A DNA stretch of 55,205 bases from a virus (taxonomy: Duplodnaviria; Caudoviricetes), in IMG/VR virus record IMGVR_UViG_3300031974_005644, positions 1 to 55,205 of that record, one strand, 5' to 3'. Shown here in pieces: positions 1-10,000 of the stretch (the first letter of the stretch is position 1; every line of letters begins with the position of its first letter). A model generated the notes under the pieces. That model ran no database searches and was not told where the DNA came from. It saw only the letters and a program-made list of their open reading frames with translations. The translations under genes and the position numbers were made by a program.

Positions 1-303
1 TCAGGGGGTTTGAGGCGGCTCAGCCCATGCTCGCCACGCGGCCAGAAGGTCTTCCAAATCAGCGACCCAAGTCCGCAGCACTTGCTCCCCCTCGGCGGTC
101 AGCGCACTGGTCGCCGCCGGGTCATTGGGCGCCACGAACAGCAGTGCCGGTCGCGGCACTTCGGTCAGCAGCTCGGGTGGCGGCTCAGGTGCCACGCTCA
201 CTTGCACGTAGACCACCCGCTCAACTTCGACCGGCACCTCGCGCACGAGCCACTTGCACCCGGCCAGGGCGAGCGCCAACAGCAGGATTACTGATCGAGC
301 CAT
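1..303 (-). CDS. o-spanin (Rz1-like outer-membrane lipoprotein)
   Basis: Signal peptide with lipobox LAGC, Pro-rich mature region; overlaps the end of the i-spanin, downstream of the endolysin. Confidence 0.8.
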   Translation of the reverse strand: MARSVILLLALALAGCKWLVREVPVEVERVVYVQVSVAPEPPPELLTEVPRPALLFVAPNDPAATSALTAEGEQVLRTWVADLEDLLAAWRAWAEPPQTP

Positions 304-623
304 TGGTTCATCACCTCGGGACCGGAACCCTCAATCACGGGACGGGGCACGTTGAGTCGGCGCAGGGCTCTCGCGGCCGCCTCAGACGCAGCCAAGGTGG
401 CCACCTGTTGGGCGGTCTCCATGCTGCGCTGCTGGGTCTTGATGTCACCCTTGAGCGTGGCGATGGTGGCGTCGCGATCGGTCAGCAGGCGCCCGTAGGC
501 CAGGGCTTCGGTTGCCGCTTCTGTCCTGCACTGACTGGTTTCGATCTTGGCGTTCTGAGTGCTGATCAGGCCTGCGGCGGCCGTGGCCATCAAAACCAGC
601 GCGGCGACGAGCGGGGCCGTCAT
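288..623 (-). CDS. i-spanin (Rz-like)
   Basis: N-terminal TM helix followed by an Ala-rich coiled coil; ATGA overlap with the endolysin stop. Confidence 0.75.
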   Translation of the reverse strand: MTAPLVAALVLMATAAAGLISTQNAKIETSQCRTEAATEALAYGRLLTDRDATIATLKGDIKTQQRSMETAQQVATLAASEAAARALRRLNVPRPVIEGSGPEVMNQWLDQ

Positions 624-1144
624 TGACCAGCCTCAACACACTTGGCGTGCCGCTCAAGCTGCCGCGTCCAGACGCCCCAGCACCGCCGGTTCGGCTTGCC
701 GTCGACCAGTGTCGAACAGTCATATCCGCCGGCGCGTCGCCACAGCAGCAGGGCATCGCAGGCCGCAGGGTAGTTGCCCGCCAGCAAGTGACGGCGCATC
801 GATGACGAGCGCCAGTTGGCAATGCCGTATTGGTACGCGAAGTCGAGAAAAACGTCATATTCCGCCTGGTGCAGCTTCACGCCCGGCAGTGACTCGCGAA
901 AGGCCTTTTCGTCCTTGTCGATGTGCGCTGCGGCTTTGATCAGCGCCCGCACCGGATCGACGGTCTCGCCCATCTGCACCCGGCTGCCGTCTTCGTGGAC
1001 GGTGCTGCCGAAGCCCAGCGTGGCCCGGTCACCCTGGGTGGGGATGATCGCCCGATCTGTGAAGCCTTCATGGGTGACGATGCCCACCAGCCCTGCGGCG
1101 CTCAGCGACAGCACGCCCACGGCAATTCGCGCCCGGCCCATCAT
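620..1144 (-). CDS. SAR endolysin (GH24 phage lysozyme)
   Basis: Gly/Ala-rich N-terminal SAR segment followed by the E-x8-D-x5-T triad (HEGFTDRAIIPTQGDRATLGFGST); start placed at ATGATG 1144/1141 rather than 1279. Confidence 0.9.
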   Translation of the reverse strand: MMGRARIAVGVLSLSAAGLVGIVTHEGFTDRAIIPTQGDRATLGFGSTVHEDGSRVQMGETVDPVRALIKAAAHIDKDEKAFRESLPGVKLHQAEYDVFLDFAYQYGIANWRSSSMRRHLLAGNYPAACDALLLWRRAGGYDCSTLVDGKPNRRCWGVWTRQLERHAKCVEAGQ

Positions 1145-1194
1145 GGGGCAGGCTTCCAGCAGATGAAGCTCGGCATTTGCAGTCTCCTGAAACG

Positions 1195-1219
1195 AAAAAC
1201 CCCGCTCGGGGCGGGGTTG
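1195..1219 (-). terminator. intrinsic terminator
   Basis: AACCCCGC-CCCGA-GCGGGGTT hairpin followed by a T-tract on the minus strand. Confidence 0.75.
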
Positions 1220-1241
1220 AGGGTGAGATGGGTGGTGAATA

Positions 1242-1580
1242 TCAGTGCAGCTGCTTCCACTGCCCGGTCCAGCGGTCATCGATGAACTTGTCCATACCGG
1301 GGGTTACCGGCTCGTCGAACCACACTTGGTAGCCATCTTCGGGCGACCAGAAAAAGCTGCGGACTTCGAGAAAGTCACCGCCCGGCCCAATGGCCAAACT
1401 ATCCCCAACACGGGGCAGGTACGGCAGGCAAACCGCCTTGTAAAGCGCGCTATGACCGCCGTGCTCCTGAAACTCTTCGGTAGTCCAGATGGCCAAAACC
1501 ACCTTAAACACTGCGGGCTCGGGCGCCGCCGCTGCGGGCCGTGGTTGAATCTGCGGGGCTACCTCTGTAGATTTATGCAT
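1242..1580 (-). CDS. hypothetical protein
   Basis: ORF with a strong AGGAGG SD upstream. Confidence 0.65.
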   Translation of the reverse strand: MHKSTEVAPQIQPRPAAAAPEPAVFKVVLAIWTTEEFQEHGGHSALYKAVCLPYLPRVGDSLAIGPGGDFLEVRSFFWSPEDGYQVWFDEPVTPGMDKFIDDRWTGQWKQLH

Positions 1581-1739
1581 TGGACATACCTCCTAAGGAC
1601 TTGTCTGATTCGGCCCCGTTCTCTTTCGTCCGCCAAGATGTCGAGAGAACGGGGTTTTTCATTGCTGCTGAGCCATTATTGGCACGGCTTCCAGTGTCGG
1701 CCACACGGAAAGCCATCGTTTTCGAGGGGCTTTCGGTCA

Positions 1740-2480
1740 TCAAGCCGCCCTGCCCTGCTGAGACTGCAGAATCTGCGCAAGCTTGGTCAGCCCCTTCGGC
1801 GTGATGCGAACCTGCTCCACCACCTTTTCGCTGCCATCCGCGCGGGTCACCGTGTCGACCTTGTGCACCAGCACCCCCTGGGTGATTCGGTCCTGATACG
1901 CCAGCCAGCCGGAGTGCCCCGGACGACCGTAGATCCAACGCTGAGTGATCAGCAGGTTCCTGAGGTCAATCGGGCGAATCTGCAGCGCCTTGGCTGAGTC
2001 CCGCATGCACATCGATCCCTCGGCGTCCGCGATGCGCTCAAACCCCAGCACCTTGGGTGCTTGCTCAGCCACCTTGCTTTCAAGCGCGACCCGCTCGCCT
2101 TCTATTTGAGTGGCCAGCTGCATCAGCTCCAACCGCGACATGGCCAGGATGGGATTGGCGGCCCTGTTCTCCAACTCCGTCATCCGGTCGAACACCTTGG
2201 CCTGGAGTTCGTAGCTGTACGACATGGCCATCAGGCAGGCTTCGCGTTTGGGGAGTCGGTAGATGGGGGATTCCCGCGTTGCCCCATTGCCAACAGTGAC
2301 TTGGATCATGTCCCGAAACTTTGGGGCATGTTCTCCGAGCACTTTTGGCACCTTGGCCATGAAGTGGTCGTGGCGCAGTTCTGATTCACCGGCCCCGCGC
2401 TGGCTGTTGATGAAATCCACCAGCTCAGTGCTGGTCATGGTGACGGTGCTGCCGTCGCTGAGGGTCACTGGGTTGTTCAT
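1740..2480 (-). CDS. ant: phage antirepressor (Rha-like N-terminal domain + ANT/KilAC C-terminal domain)
   Basis: MTSTELVDFIN...LRHDHFMAKV...LPKREACLMAMSYS N-domain; APKV...RDSAKAL...QVRITPKGLTKL C-domain. Confidence 0.88.
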   Translation of the reverse strand: MNNPVTLSDGSTVTMTSTELVDFINSQRGAGESELRHDHFMAKVPKVLGEHAPKFRDMIQVTVGNGATRESPIYRLPKREACLMAMSYSYELQAKVFDRMTELENRAANPILAMSRLELMQLATQIEGERVALESKVAEQAPKVLGFERIADAEGSMCMRDSAKALQIRPIDLRNLLITQRWIYGRPGHSGWLAYQDRITQGVLVHKVDTVTRADGSEKVVEQVRITPKGLTKLAQILQSQQGRAA

Positions 2481-2662
2481 GCGGCCTCCTTCAAGTCGTC
2501 ACCGCGACCCGTTGCGTCTTCCAGCACCGCAACGATTTCCCCATTGAAACTCCGACGATTCTTCTCGGCCTGCTCATGCACTTTGGCGTGAATCTCTGGG
2601 GGGAGCCTGAGCGCTGTTCGCACCCAGTTTTCCTGCCTTCCACTGCGTTTCGGCTCTGTCAT
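2477..2662 (-). CDS. Arc-family ribbon-helix-helix repressor
   Basis: TALRLPPEIHAKVHEQAEKNRRSFNGEIVAVL; SD AAAGGAG before the ATG at 2662; coupled to ant. Confidence 0.85.
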   Translation of the reverse strand: MTEPKRSGRQENWVRTALRLPPEIHAKVHEQAEKNRRSFNGEIVAVLEDATGRGDDLKEAA

Positions 2663-2701
2663 AAAGTCTCCTTTACCAGTGCGGGATGCACTGTGGAGCC
2701 T

Positions 2702-2768
2702 TTTTAGCATCCACCATTTGTGGATGTCAAATAGAACCATTGCGTGCGCGCAAGTGGATGCCCACAAT
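2702..2768. promoter_or_regulatory. divergent promoters and operator of the arc/mnt-like cassette
   Basis: Minus strand TTGACA at 2730-2725; palindrome CATCCAC-N5-GTGGATG at 2708-2726; plus strand TTGCGT-17-CACAAT at 2740-2768. Confidence 0.6.
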
Positions 2769-2774
2769 CACGCC

Positions 2775-3062
2775 ATGAGCGACCGACACCAGATAAAGCC
2801 ATACCCGCTTCGCATGGCTGATGAGCTCCGCCAGAAGATCGAGAATGCATCGAAAGAGAGCGGCCGCAGCCTGAACGCCGAAATCGTGCAGCGCCTGGAG
2901 GAATCGTTTGATCAGCCCGCGCGCGTCATCCAACTGACCTTCTCAAAGGACATCCCAAGTGAGACGCAGGAAGCTATGGCGCGCGGGTTGGTCGAGCTGG
3001 CGAGTTCAAAGGGAGTGAAGGCAGATTACCTCCTGACGGACGATGAAGACGAGGGGAAGTAG
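2775..3062 (+). CDS. Arc/Mnt-family repressor, divergent
   Basis: YPLRMADELRQKIENASKESGRSLNAEIVQRLEESF is a classic Arc-domain sequence. Confidence 0.85.
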   Translation: MSDRHQIKPYPLRMADELRQKIENASKESGRSLNAEIVQRLEESFDQPARVIQLTFSKDIPSETQEAMARGLVELASSKGVKADYLLTDDEDEGK

Positions 3063-3093
3063 CCTCGCCTCATTTGTCCCTAATGCTTACGGC

Positions 3094-3330
3094 CTACGTG
3101 CACGTGGATGTTCGGGGGCCAGTGAGCCACCCACACACGAATGCTATGGGGCAGATAATCACCGTGAAGCCAACAAACAGGACTAGGGCCAATGCCAGGC
3201 CCTTACCGGGATCAGGCGCACCAAACGCAAAAACGGCCTTGACCCCGGCGACGATGCTGACGAGCTTGAACACGGCTGTTGCCCATCTAAGGCCCTTCGA
3301 TACGCGTGGATTCATGGCTTTTCCTTTCAC
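3094..3330 (-). CDS. small two-TM membrane protein (moron-like)
   Basis: Two hydrophobic segments; AT-richer than the flanks. Confidence 0.55.
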   Translation of the reverse strand: MKGKAMNPRVSKGLRWATAVFKLVSIVAGVKAVFAFGAPDPGKGLALALVLFVGFTVIICPIAFVCGWLTGPRTSTCT

Positions 3331-3396
3331 TGTGCAGCAGGTTTCATGTCAAGCGGATCGCTGAACGACTTCGAGCCGCTCCAGTGGGTGGCTCCA

Positions 3397-4005
3397 CTAC
3401 TCATCGCTACCGACGCATAGTTCACCAATCTTTGTCGGTGTGAGGATGCTCACCGAGGGGTCGTCAGGATCTAGGTCCAAGTCCATAAGTTCCCAGGGCG
3501 AGAAAAGGTTGCAAGACACATCACCGGCCTCAAGCTCAGATTGATGCCGTGCCAAGAGGGCTTCCGTGTCAAGTTCTCCAGCTTTCCGGGACTCGCATAG
3601 CAACGCCTCCATGCTGAATTTGCTCGGCTGTTGCGCCCATGACTTCCAGCCCAAATCAGTATCCAACGGGGTTGGAGGGGCATCATTGACGTAGCTCCGC
3701 ATCGCGACAGCGACAGCTTTGTTTTGCCGGGTAAGGCAATTCGTCAAATTCCGAAAAACAACCTCGAAGCCACATTCGTCAGTGGTGCAATAACGCATCA
3801 GGGAATCATGGCCGACGAACTCATCCGCATACTCAACAGTGCTAGGGTCAAAGATCACTACAGAGTTCGCGCCGCCAGACACCAAGTATTTTCCGCCCTC
3901 AAGCGGCCACACTGATTCGCTGGAAGACACTGCCATTGGGAAAATTAAGAGTGCCGCTTGGAGGCCGCACGACAGCCACCTTCTAAACGGTGAAAGCTCT
4001 TTCAT
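3397..4005 (-). CDS. hypothetical exported protein (moron-like)
   Basis: Signal-peptide-like N-terminus, several Cys, AT-richer DNA. Confidence 0.6.
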   Translation of the reverse strand: MKELSPFRRWLSCGLQAALLIFPMAVSSSESVWPLEGGKYLVSGGANSVVIFDPSTVEYADEFVGHDSLMRYCTTDECGFEVVFRNLTNCLTRQNKAVAVAMRSYVNDAPPTPLDTDLGWKSWAQQPSKFSMEALLCESRKAGELDTEALLARHQSELEAGDVSCNLFSPWELMDLDLDPDDPSVSILTPTKIGELCVGSDE

Positions 4006-4063
4006 GCTGTGGCCCCAACGAATTGAGGCCCGAGTTTAATGGCCTCGCCGGCGTCAACGCACC

Positions 4064-7000
4064 TCACCTGCCAAAAGCATCGTTCCAAATCCTGATCCCC
4101 GCTCGCACCTCGGCATCTCGCTCAGCCTCCCACTTCGCCTTCGTGGCGTCGTCAGGGGCATCCTCAATATCCCTGCGCGCTTTGCGATCTTCCTTGGCAA
4201 TCCATAGCACCTCATCAATGGCGTCTTCCTGCTTTTTGGTGAACTGGTCTGCATAGGGCTCGTCGCTGTCCTCCATGCTTTTGATAGTCTTCAACGCGGC
4301 ATCGGCCTGGCGGGCAATGTCGCTGAAGCGGCTGTCGTAGAAATACTCCGAACGTTCGTTGACGAAACGGCGAACCACCGGCACGTCGTTCCGATGGGTA
4401 GGCCCGTCACCAGCCAGCACGGTCACCATCCCTTCTACCAGGCGCCATTGCGGCCCTACATAGCCCTTGACCAGCGCCTCGGCGCCAGAAGCGCTCAGTG
4501 GGTCAACATTCCACGCTTCTTTGACCCAGTTCGGCCCGAACCGCGTGCCGCCCATCATCCCGTGCAGTGTTTGCATCAGGCCTGTCAGCGCTTTTTCTTC
4601 ATAGTCGCGGTACGCCACCGGGTCATAGGTGTCGTCACCGAAGCTGCGCCGGTAAATCGTGCTTCCGAAAGAGGTTTCGTTGTTCGCCACATTCAAGAAT
4701 GGCTCAGCCACGCTCGGAATCAGCGTGTCGGTCGGCATGAAACTGGTCATGAACGCGCTCAGCGACACGCCAACGGCCTCTGCCGGGCTCGCATTACCCC
4801 GAACGGCCCGACCCACCATCCGGCCCATGGCGTACGGCACGTTGTAGCCATAGGCAATCGGCCATTTGATAAAGGTGTCCTCATCAATAAACGCAGTCAG
4901 CTCGCGTCCCAGCGACCACTTCCCGGCCGCGTCTCCCAGTGGCTCGCCTTCCTCATCGTCGCCCTCAAGCAAGGACTCCACCAAGCCAGCCACCATCAAA
5001 CCCAGCATCGCGCGGCGAGTCCACTTGCTGCGAGCGGCAGCTTTCAGCATGGCAAAGTTGCCCTGCATGGCGGCGTTGAAGAACACATAGAAAGCACTCG
5101 GCCACTGCAGTTCGCCCTTCTGGTTGAAGTTCACAGTGGTGTCCTTCGCCAGCCGTGCCGATTCCTGCTTGCTCAAGCCGCGGTCACGGGCAGCTTTGTA
5201 GATCGCAAGACGGGTGGTGTTCTCGAAGATCTCGTTGTAACGCTCAAGCATGTTGAAGAAGCCGGAAACGCCCCCCTTCACACCCTGCACTGCAATGTTC
5301 GGAACCCCCTTCCGCTGCTGATCCACCAGCCTCTGGAACTCTGCCTTTATGTCGTCGACACCTGTGAGGCCATAGGCGCCAGTCGTACCGCCTGACTCCA
5401 GAAACTCGCGATACAACGGGCTGCCCTCGATTACCCAGCCCTTATCCTTGCCGCGAACCGCACCAACCAGACCAGCACGCAGATTCTTCATCACATCGAA
5501 GGCAAACCCCTTCGGGTCTTTCATGTCTGCGCCAAAGGCGTTCAGAAAAGCCGTTTGCACGTCACGAACAAAGTTGGGCAAAGCGAACTCGGGGTTGTAC
5601 ATCGTCAACGTCCGACCAAACAGCCGCGTGGCGGCGCCGATGCCCTTCAGCACCCAGCTCAGCTGCTCGCCCGCCATGTTCTTCAACTGCTTGGCCAGCC
5701 GTTTGTTCTGGAACTCCATCACCACCAACGCGCCGTCTACCCGCGCCATGAAGATTTCATCGCGGCGGTAAAGATCATTGATGCTCGGCACGTACTGAAC
5801 ATCGTCTTTGGTCACCATTCGGCCCTTGCCGTCCATCTGCGGCTTGCCAGTTTTAGGGTCAACCACCGGCACCTTCACGGTGCGCGCCATCTTCGGGTAC
5901 TCCGCCGGAGTCATCACTCGCCAGTAGTCACCTGCGGGGCCGCTGATGAGGCCTTCATTGCCGCTGGTTTCCAGAATCAGGTTGTAGACCGCTCGGCCGA
6001 CGCGATTCTTCTCAGCACGAACGAAGGTCTTCTGGGCATCAAGCAATGCGACAGCCAGCGGGTCTTCAGCGCGGGATGCCCGACCAAAGGCCTCACGGAT
6101 CACCGTCGACCGCTGATCGAACCCGTTGCCGGTGCCCTGCCCCTGTTCTTCGGGGTCAACGACGGACTTCAGCGGCACATAGTGCTGATACCCGGTGGTC
6201 AGGTCCTGGTACTGCTGCGCCGAGATCAGCCCAGCCTCGCGCATCAGGTTCAGCTTCTGCCGATTGATCGCCTGCACCACGCGGGACACCTCAGCCAGCG
6301 CGTCACGCTGTTCCTGCGGCAGTGCAGCCACTTCGGCAAGAATCTTCTTCGCCTGCCGGTTGGTCATGCCCGACCCACCATCGGGGAACATGCTGTTCCG
6401 CTCGGCAATGGCCGCGTTGCGCTCCTGAGCGTGCAGCGCATACAGGTAGTCACTGGCCTGCTTGAAGCTCACGCCAGCCTTGTTCATCACCTTGAACAGC
6501 GCCTTGGTCGTGTCCTTCAGATCGTCCAGGCGCGTCTGCGTGCGGCCGTAGAAGGTCTTCTCCAGGCTGCCGGGGTCACGCTCGTCAGGAATCGCAACGC
6601 CCTTGCCCTTCAGGAACTTCACGGCACGCTCGACTTCCGAGAAGCGGTTGATGAACCACGGATACAAGTTGTGGTTAAGCGCCCGCCTGTTGTCGGCGCG
6701 CACTTTGCGGTGCCAAATCCCCCAGCCGCCCCAGTTGGGTGGCAGCAGGGTTGAGATGTCATCCGGGTCGGTGCTGGTTTGATCCTGGCGGCTAAATTTA
6801 ACGTCGGCCCCAGAATCAGAGAACCCGCCATCGGGCGGGTTCTGGGTTACATCCGATTCGCCTTGTCTCGGGCGATCATCTGTCGGATTTCGGCGCTCGC
6901 CTGCTTCATTTCTTGCCGCAACGATTCGATCTCGGACGCCGTCAGCGTCCTGACCTGCTCTTTCGTTGGAGACTTTGGCTCGAGCTTGTTCACTTGTTCC

Positions 7001-10000
7001 GATCCTACCGGCATTGACGGATTCAAGCCATTGCGCGATGCTCTGACTGTCCTCGGGACTTCGTGGCGCGGCCATTGGGGCCGTCAGCTGTGAAGCCTCG
7101 GGGATTTTTTGTGCCTCAATGATGGCGTCACCGTCATACAGCATGTCGCCGTTGACGTTCTCGCGGACCACGTAGCGCACAAACACGGGCTCACCCGAAA
7201 TTCTCGCGCGAACTCCAAAATGGTGGAACGCCGCAGTCGAATCATCGGGCTTAGAGCGAACCGGCTGGCTCCACAAGAGCCTCGCCGCGGGCAGCAACTC
7301 GCCAACGCTTCCGATCACGGCCCGCATGCGCGGGTCGGCGGAATGGCTGCGCATCTTCCGCAGCGCACGATTCACGATCTGCACTTGATTGCCGTCCGCC
7401 GTCTTGACCGACCGTCCCACTACCTGCCGGTAGTCGGCAGCGGCCTCACCTAGTGACGCGGGCGTCTCAACCGATATCGGCGTCATCGAGGTCAGCATCT
7501 TCGCGCGCGTCAGCGAGTCGGGTTCGGCTTGGCGCGCAAACAGCGGCTGCCCTGACATCGCCGCGTCGCGCATCGCCGGGCGCAACTGCCCCTCGGCCGT
7601 GGCCTGCAGCACGTCCGCCACCAGCGTCTTGACGCTTTGAAGGTCGCGCATCGTGCGCTGGGCAAATTGGGACTGCCGCATGTCTTCGCGGCGAAGGCGA
7701 GACATCATCTTCTCGATCCAGAAGCGCAGCCGGTTCATCAACCGCTTGAACGCGTTGGGCTCCATGCGCTGCTTCAGGTCAAACAACACCTTCGGATCCG
7801 ACATGATCGAGCCCATCACGTCGGCGACGAACTCGTTCTCGACCTTCGCGCGGCTCAGGGCGGGTAGCCCGTCGCGCTGGTACACCTTCTCCAACCGCGC
7901 CTCATAGGCCGGGAATGCCCCTTCCTTGGCCATCTCCAGGATGCGGGCCTTCAGAATCGCATGCAGCTCGGCTGCCGGGCCTTCCAGCGAGTGTGTGAAC
8001 TCATGGCCCAGCACATGCCGCAGCGGCTGCTTGGCATCGGCGTTCACAAACAGCACGCCGCCGCTCACATACACACCAGCAGGCGCCCGCGTGTCACTGC
8101 TCTCGAAGAACACCGCCTTGCGGCCCAGCAGGGTCTCCATCGTTTCCGACAGGCCACGCATGGCCCTGGGCGGCTCAACCGCACGCAACGGCACGTCCTG
8201 CCCTGCCTGCCGGGCCAGAATGGCGTTCAGCTTCTCCACCTGGCCGCGATCCCACTCGGGCGCGTCGGGGCGGTTGGATGCGGGGACGGTGCCAGACTGC
8301 AATCGCGAAATGTCGGGATCAGCTGGATCAAAGGTGCCGCGGTTGCCGGTCGCTGACTTCACTTGCTCGGGGCGGAAGGCAACGTAGGTCTCATTGCCCC
8401 AGTGATAACCCTGACCAAAACGCCCCTCGTCAGTAACATTTCGGATTATTACACCGTCGTACCCGGCCGCTTTAGCCTGATCGACGATCTCCGGCACAGA
8501 CTCGTGCCCGTCGTATTCACCTTCTAGGGCTCCGTCCCAGTTACGCCCACCGAAATCCACTTCTAAAGGGTCATGGATGGACAGGTAGACCGGATACACC
8601 CCTGCCTCACCGTCATAGTCTGGGTCGAAGTCGTCGCGCAACTTCGCTTCGGTAGACCGACCTGAATAGGTTTCGGCGTTTTTCTTGGACTCTGTGAAGA
8701 AAAATCCAGCCCTTGCGTTCTGTGTGTTCGAGCCCGCCCGATCCTCATCAAAAACAGTGAAACCTGCATTTGGACTGCCGTGGTACACCACCAACGGCTT
8801 GCCGTCAGCATCAACAACCTTGCTGTCGCCAAACCACCGCTTAAATTCTGCCGTCTGAGTCTGATCTGCGGCCGACTGCCCATCCCGGCTGAACAGCACC
8901 ACGTTGTCGCCGTCCTGCTGCGTTTCGATTGTTTCGAATAGCGCATCAAAGGCCTGAGCCACCGGCGCCACTTCCTCGGGCATCAGGTAGGGGTAGCGGC
9001 CCTTGTCGCGCGTGAAGGCCTCCAGCGCCACCACGTTGGCGAGAAAGTCATTCTGGTAGCCCTTCTCCATCATCTTCGAGATCACGTAGTTCTCGAAGCT
9101 GCGAGCGCCACGCTCAATGATCTGCGACCAGTAGGCCTTCTTGTCGCTGTCCAGCAGCCGAGCGCGCGCAGCCATGGGCGATTCGTTCAGCGCTTCGACC
9201 AGGTCCGCGAAACGCTCTTCCACCTCCGGCCGCACGCCTTGTGGTGCCGACGGGTCGCGCTCCCACTTGTCGTCGTTGAAGTTGTCGGTCTGGTCGCCCA
9301 GTGCCCGGCGCTTGGCCAGAAGTTGCCCGCGCGTCATCGGCGGGAAGAGCCGGCTCCGGTCCTTCCGCACCATCAGCGGTTCGGGCTTGTAGGTGATGAA
9401 ATTCGCCCCCTGGGCACCATCGCCCCCGACTCGCTTGCGAGCAAAGTAGTTGTCCAGCGCGTGGAACCACTCATGCGCCAGCGAGCCAGCGCCCTTGGTC
9501 TTGGTCAGGTTGATGACCAGCGTATCCGGCTCGAAGTGAGCCGCAGCTTTGCCGCCCTTGCCTCGCGAACCCAGCCCAAGGCCCAGCGTGCCGCCCAGCG
9601 ACATCGCACGCGGCGGCACGCCCACGACGTCGGACAAGTCCATCAGCGCGTCGTAGACCTCGTTCAACATGCCCTGCCGGTCTTTCTGGCCTGTGCCCTG
9701 CTGCAGCCAATTGCCAAACTCGACGCCACGGAACCCAAAGGCTTCGGTGAACATCGCCTCGTCAGCATCGCGTCCATTGCGCCGGTCGGCCCCGGTGCGG
9801 GGGCGGTTCTCGCTGCGGCGCACGTCAGACTTGCGCACGTTGTCGCGATCCTTGACGCCCTCCCACTCGGACACCAGCTCGTCGTAGTTCTCGCTGATGA
9901 AGGTGAACGCCTGCTTGGGCGTCTGGAACTCGCGCAGCACGCGCTTTTCCTTGTCGCCCTTCTTGGTGATGAAAACCACCCCGTCACTGCGTCGGGTGTA

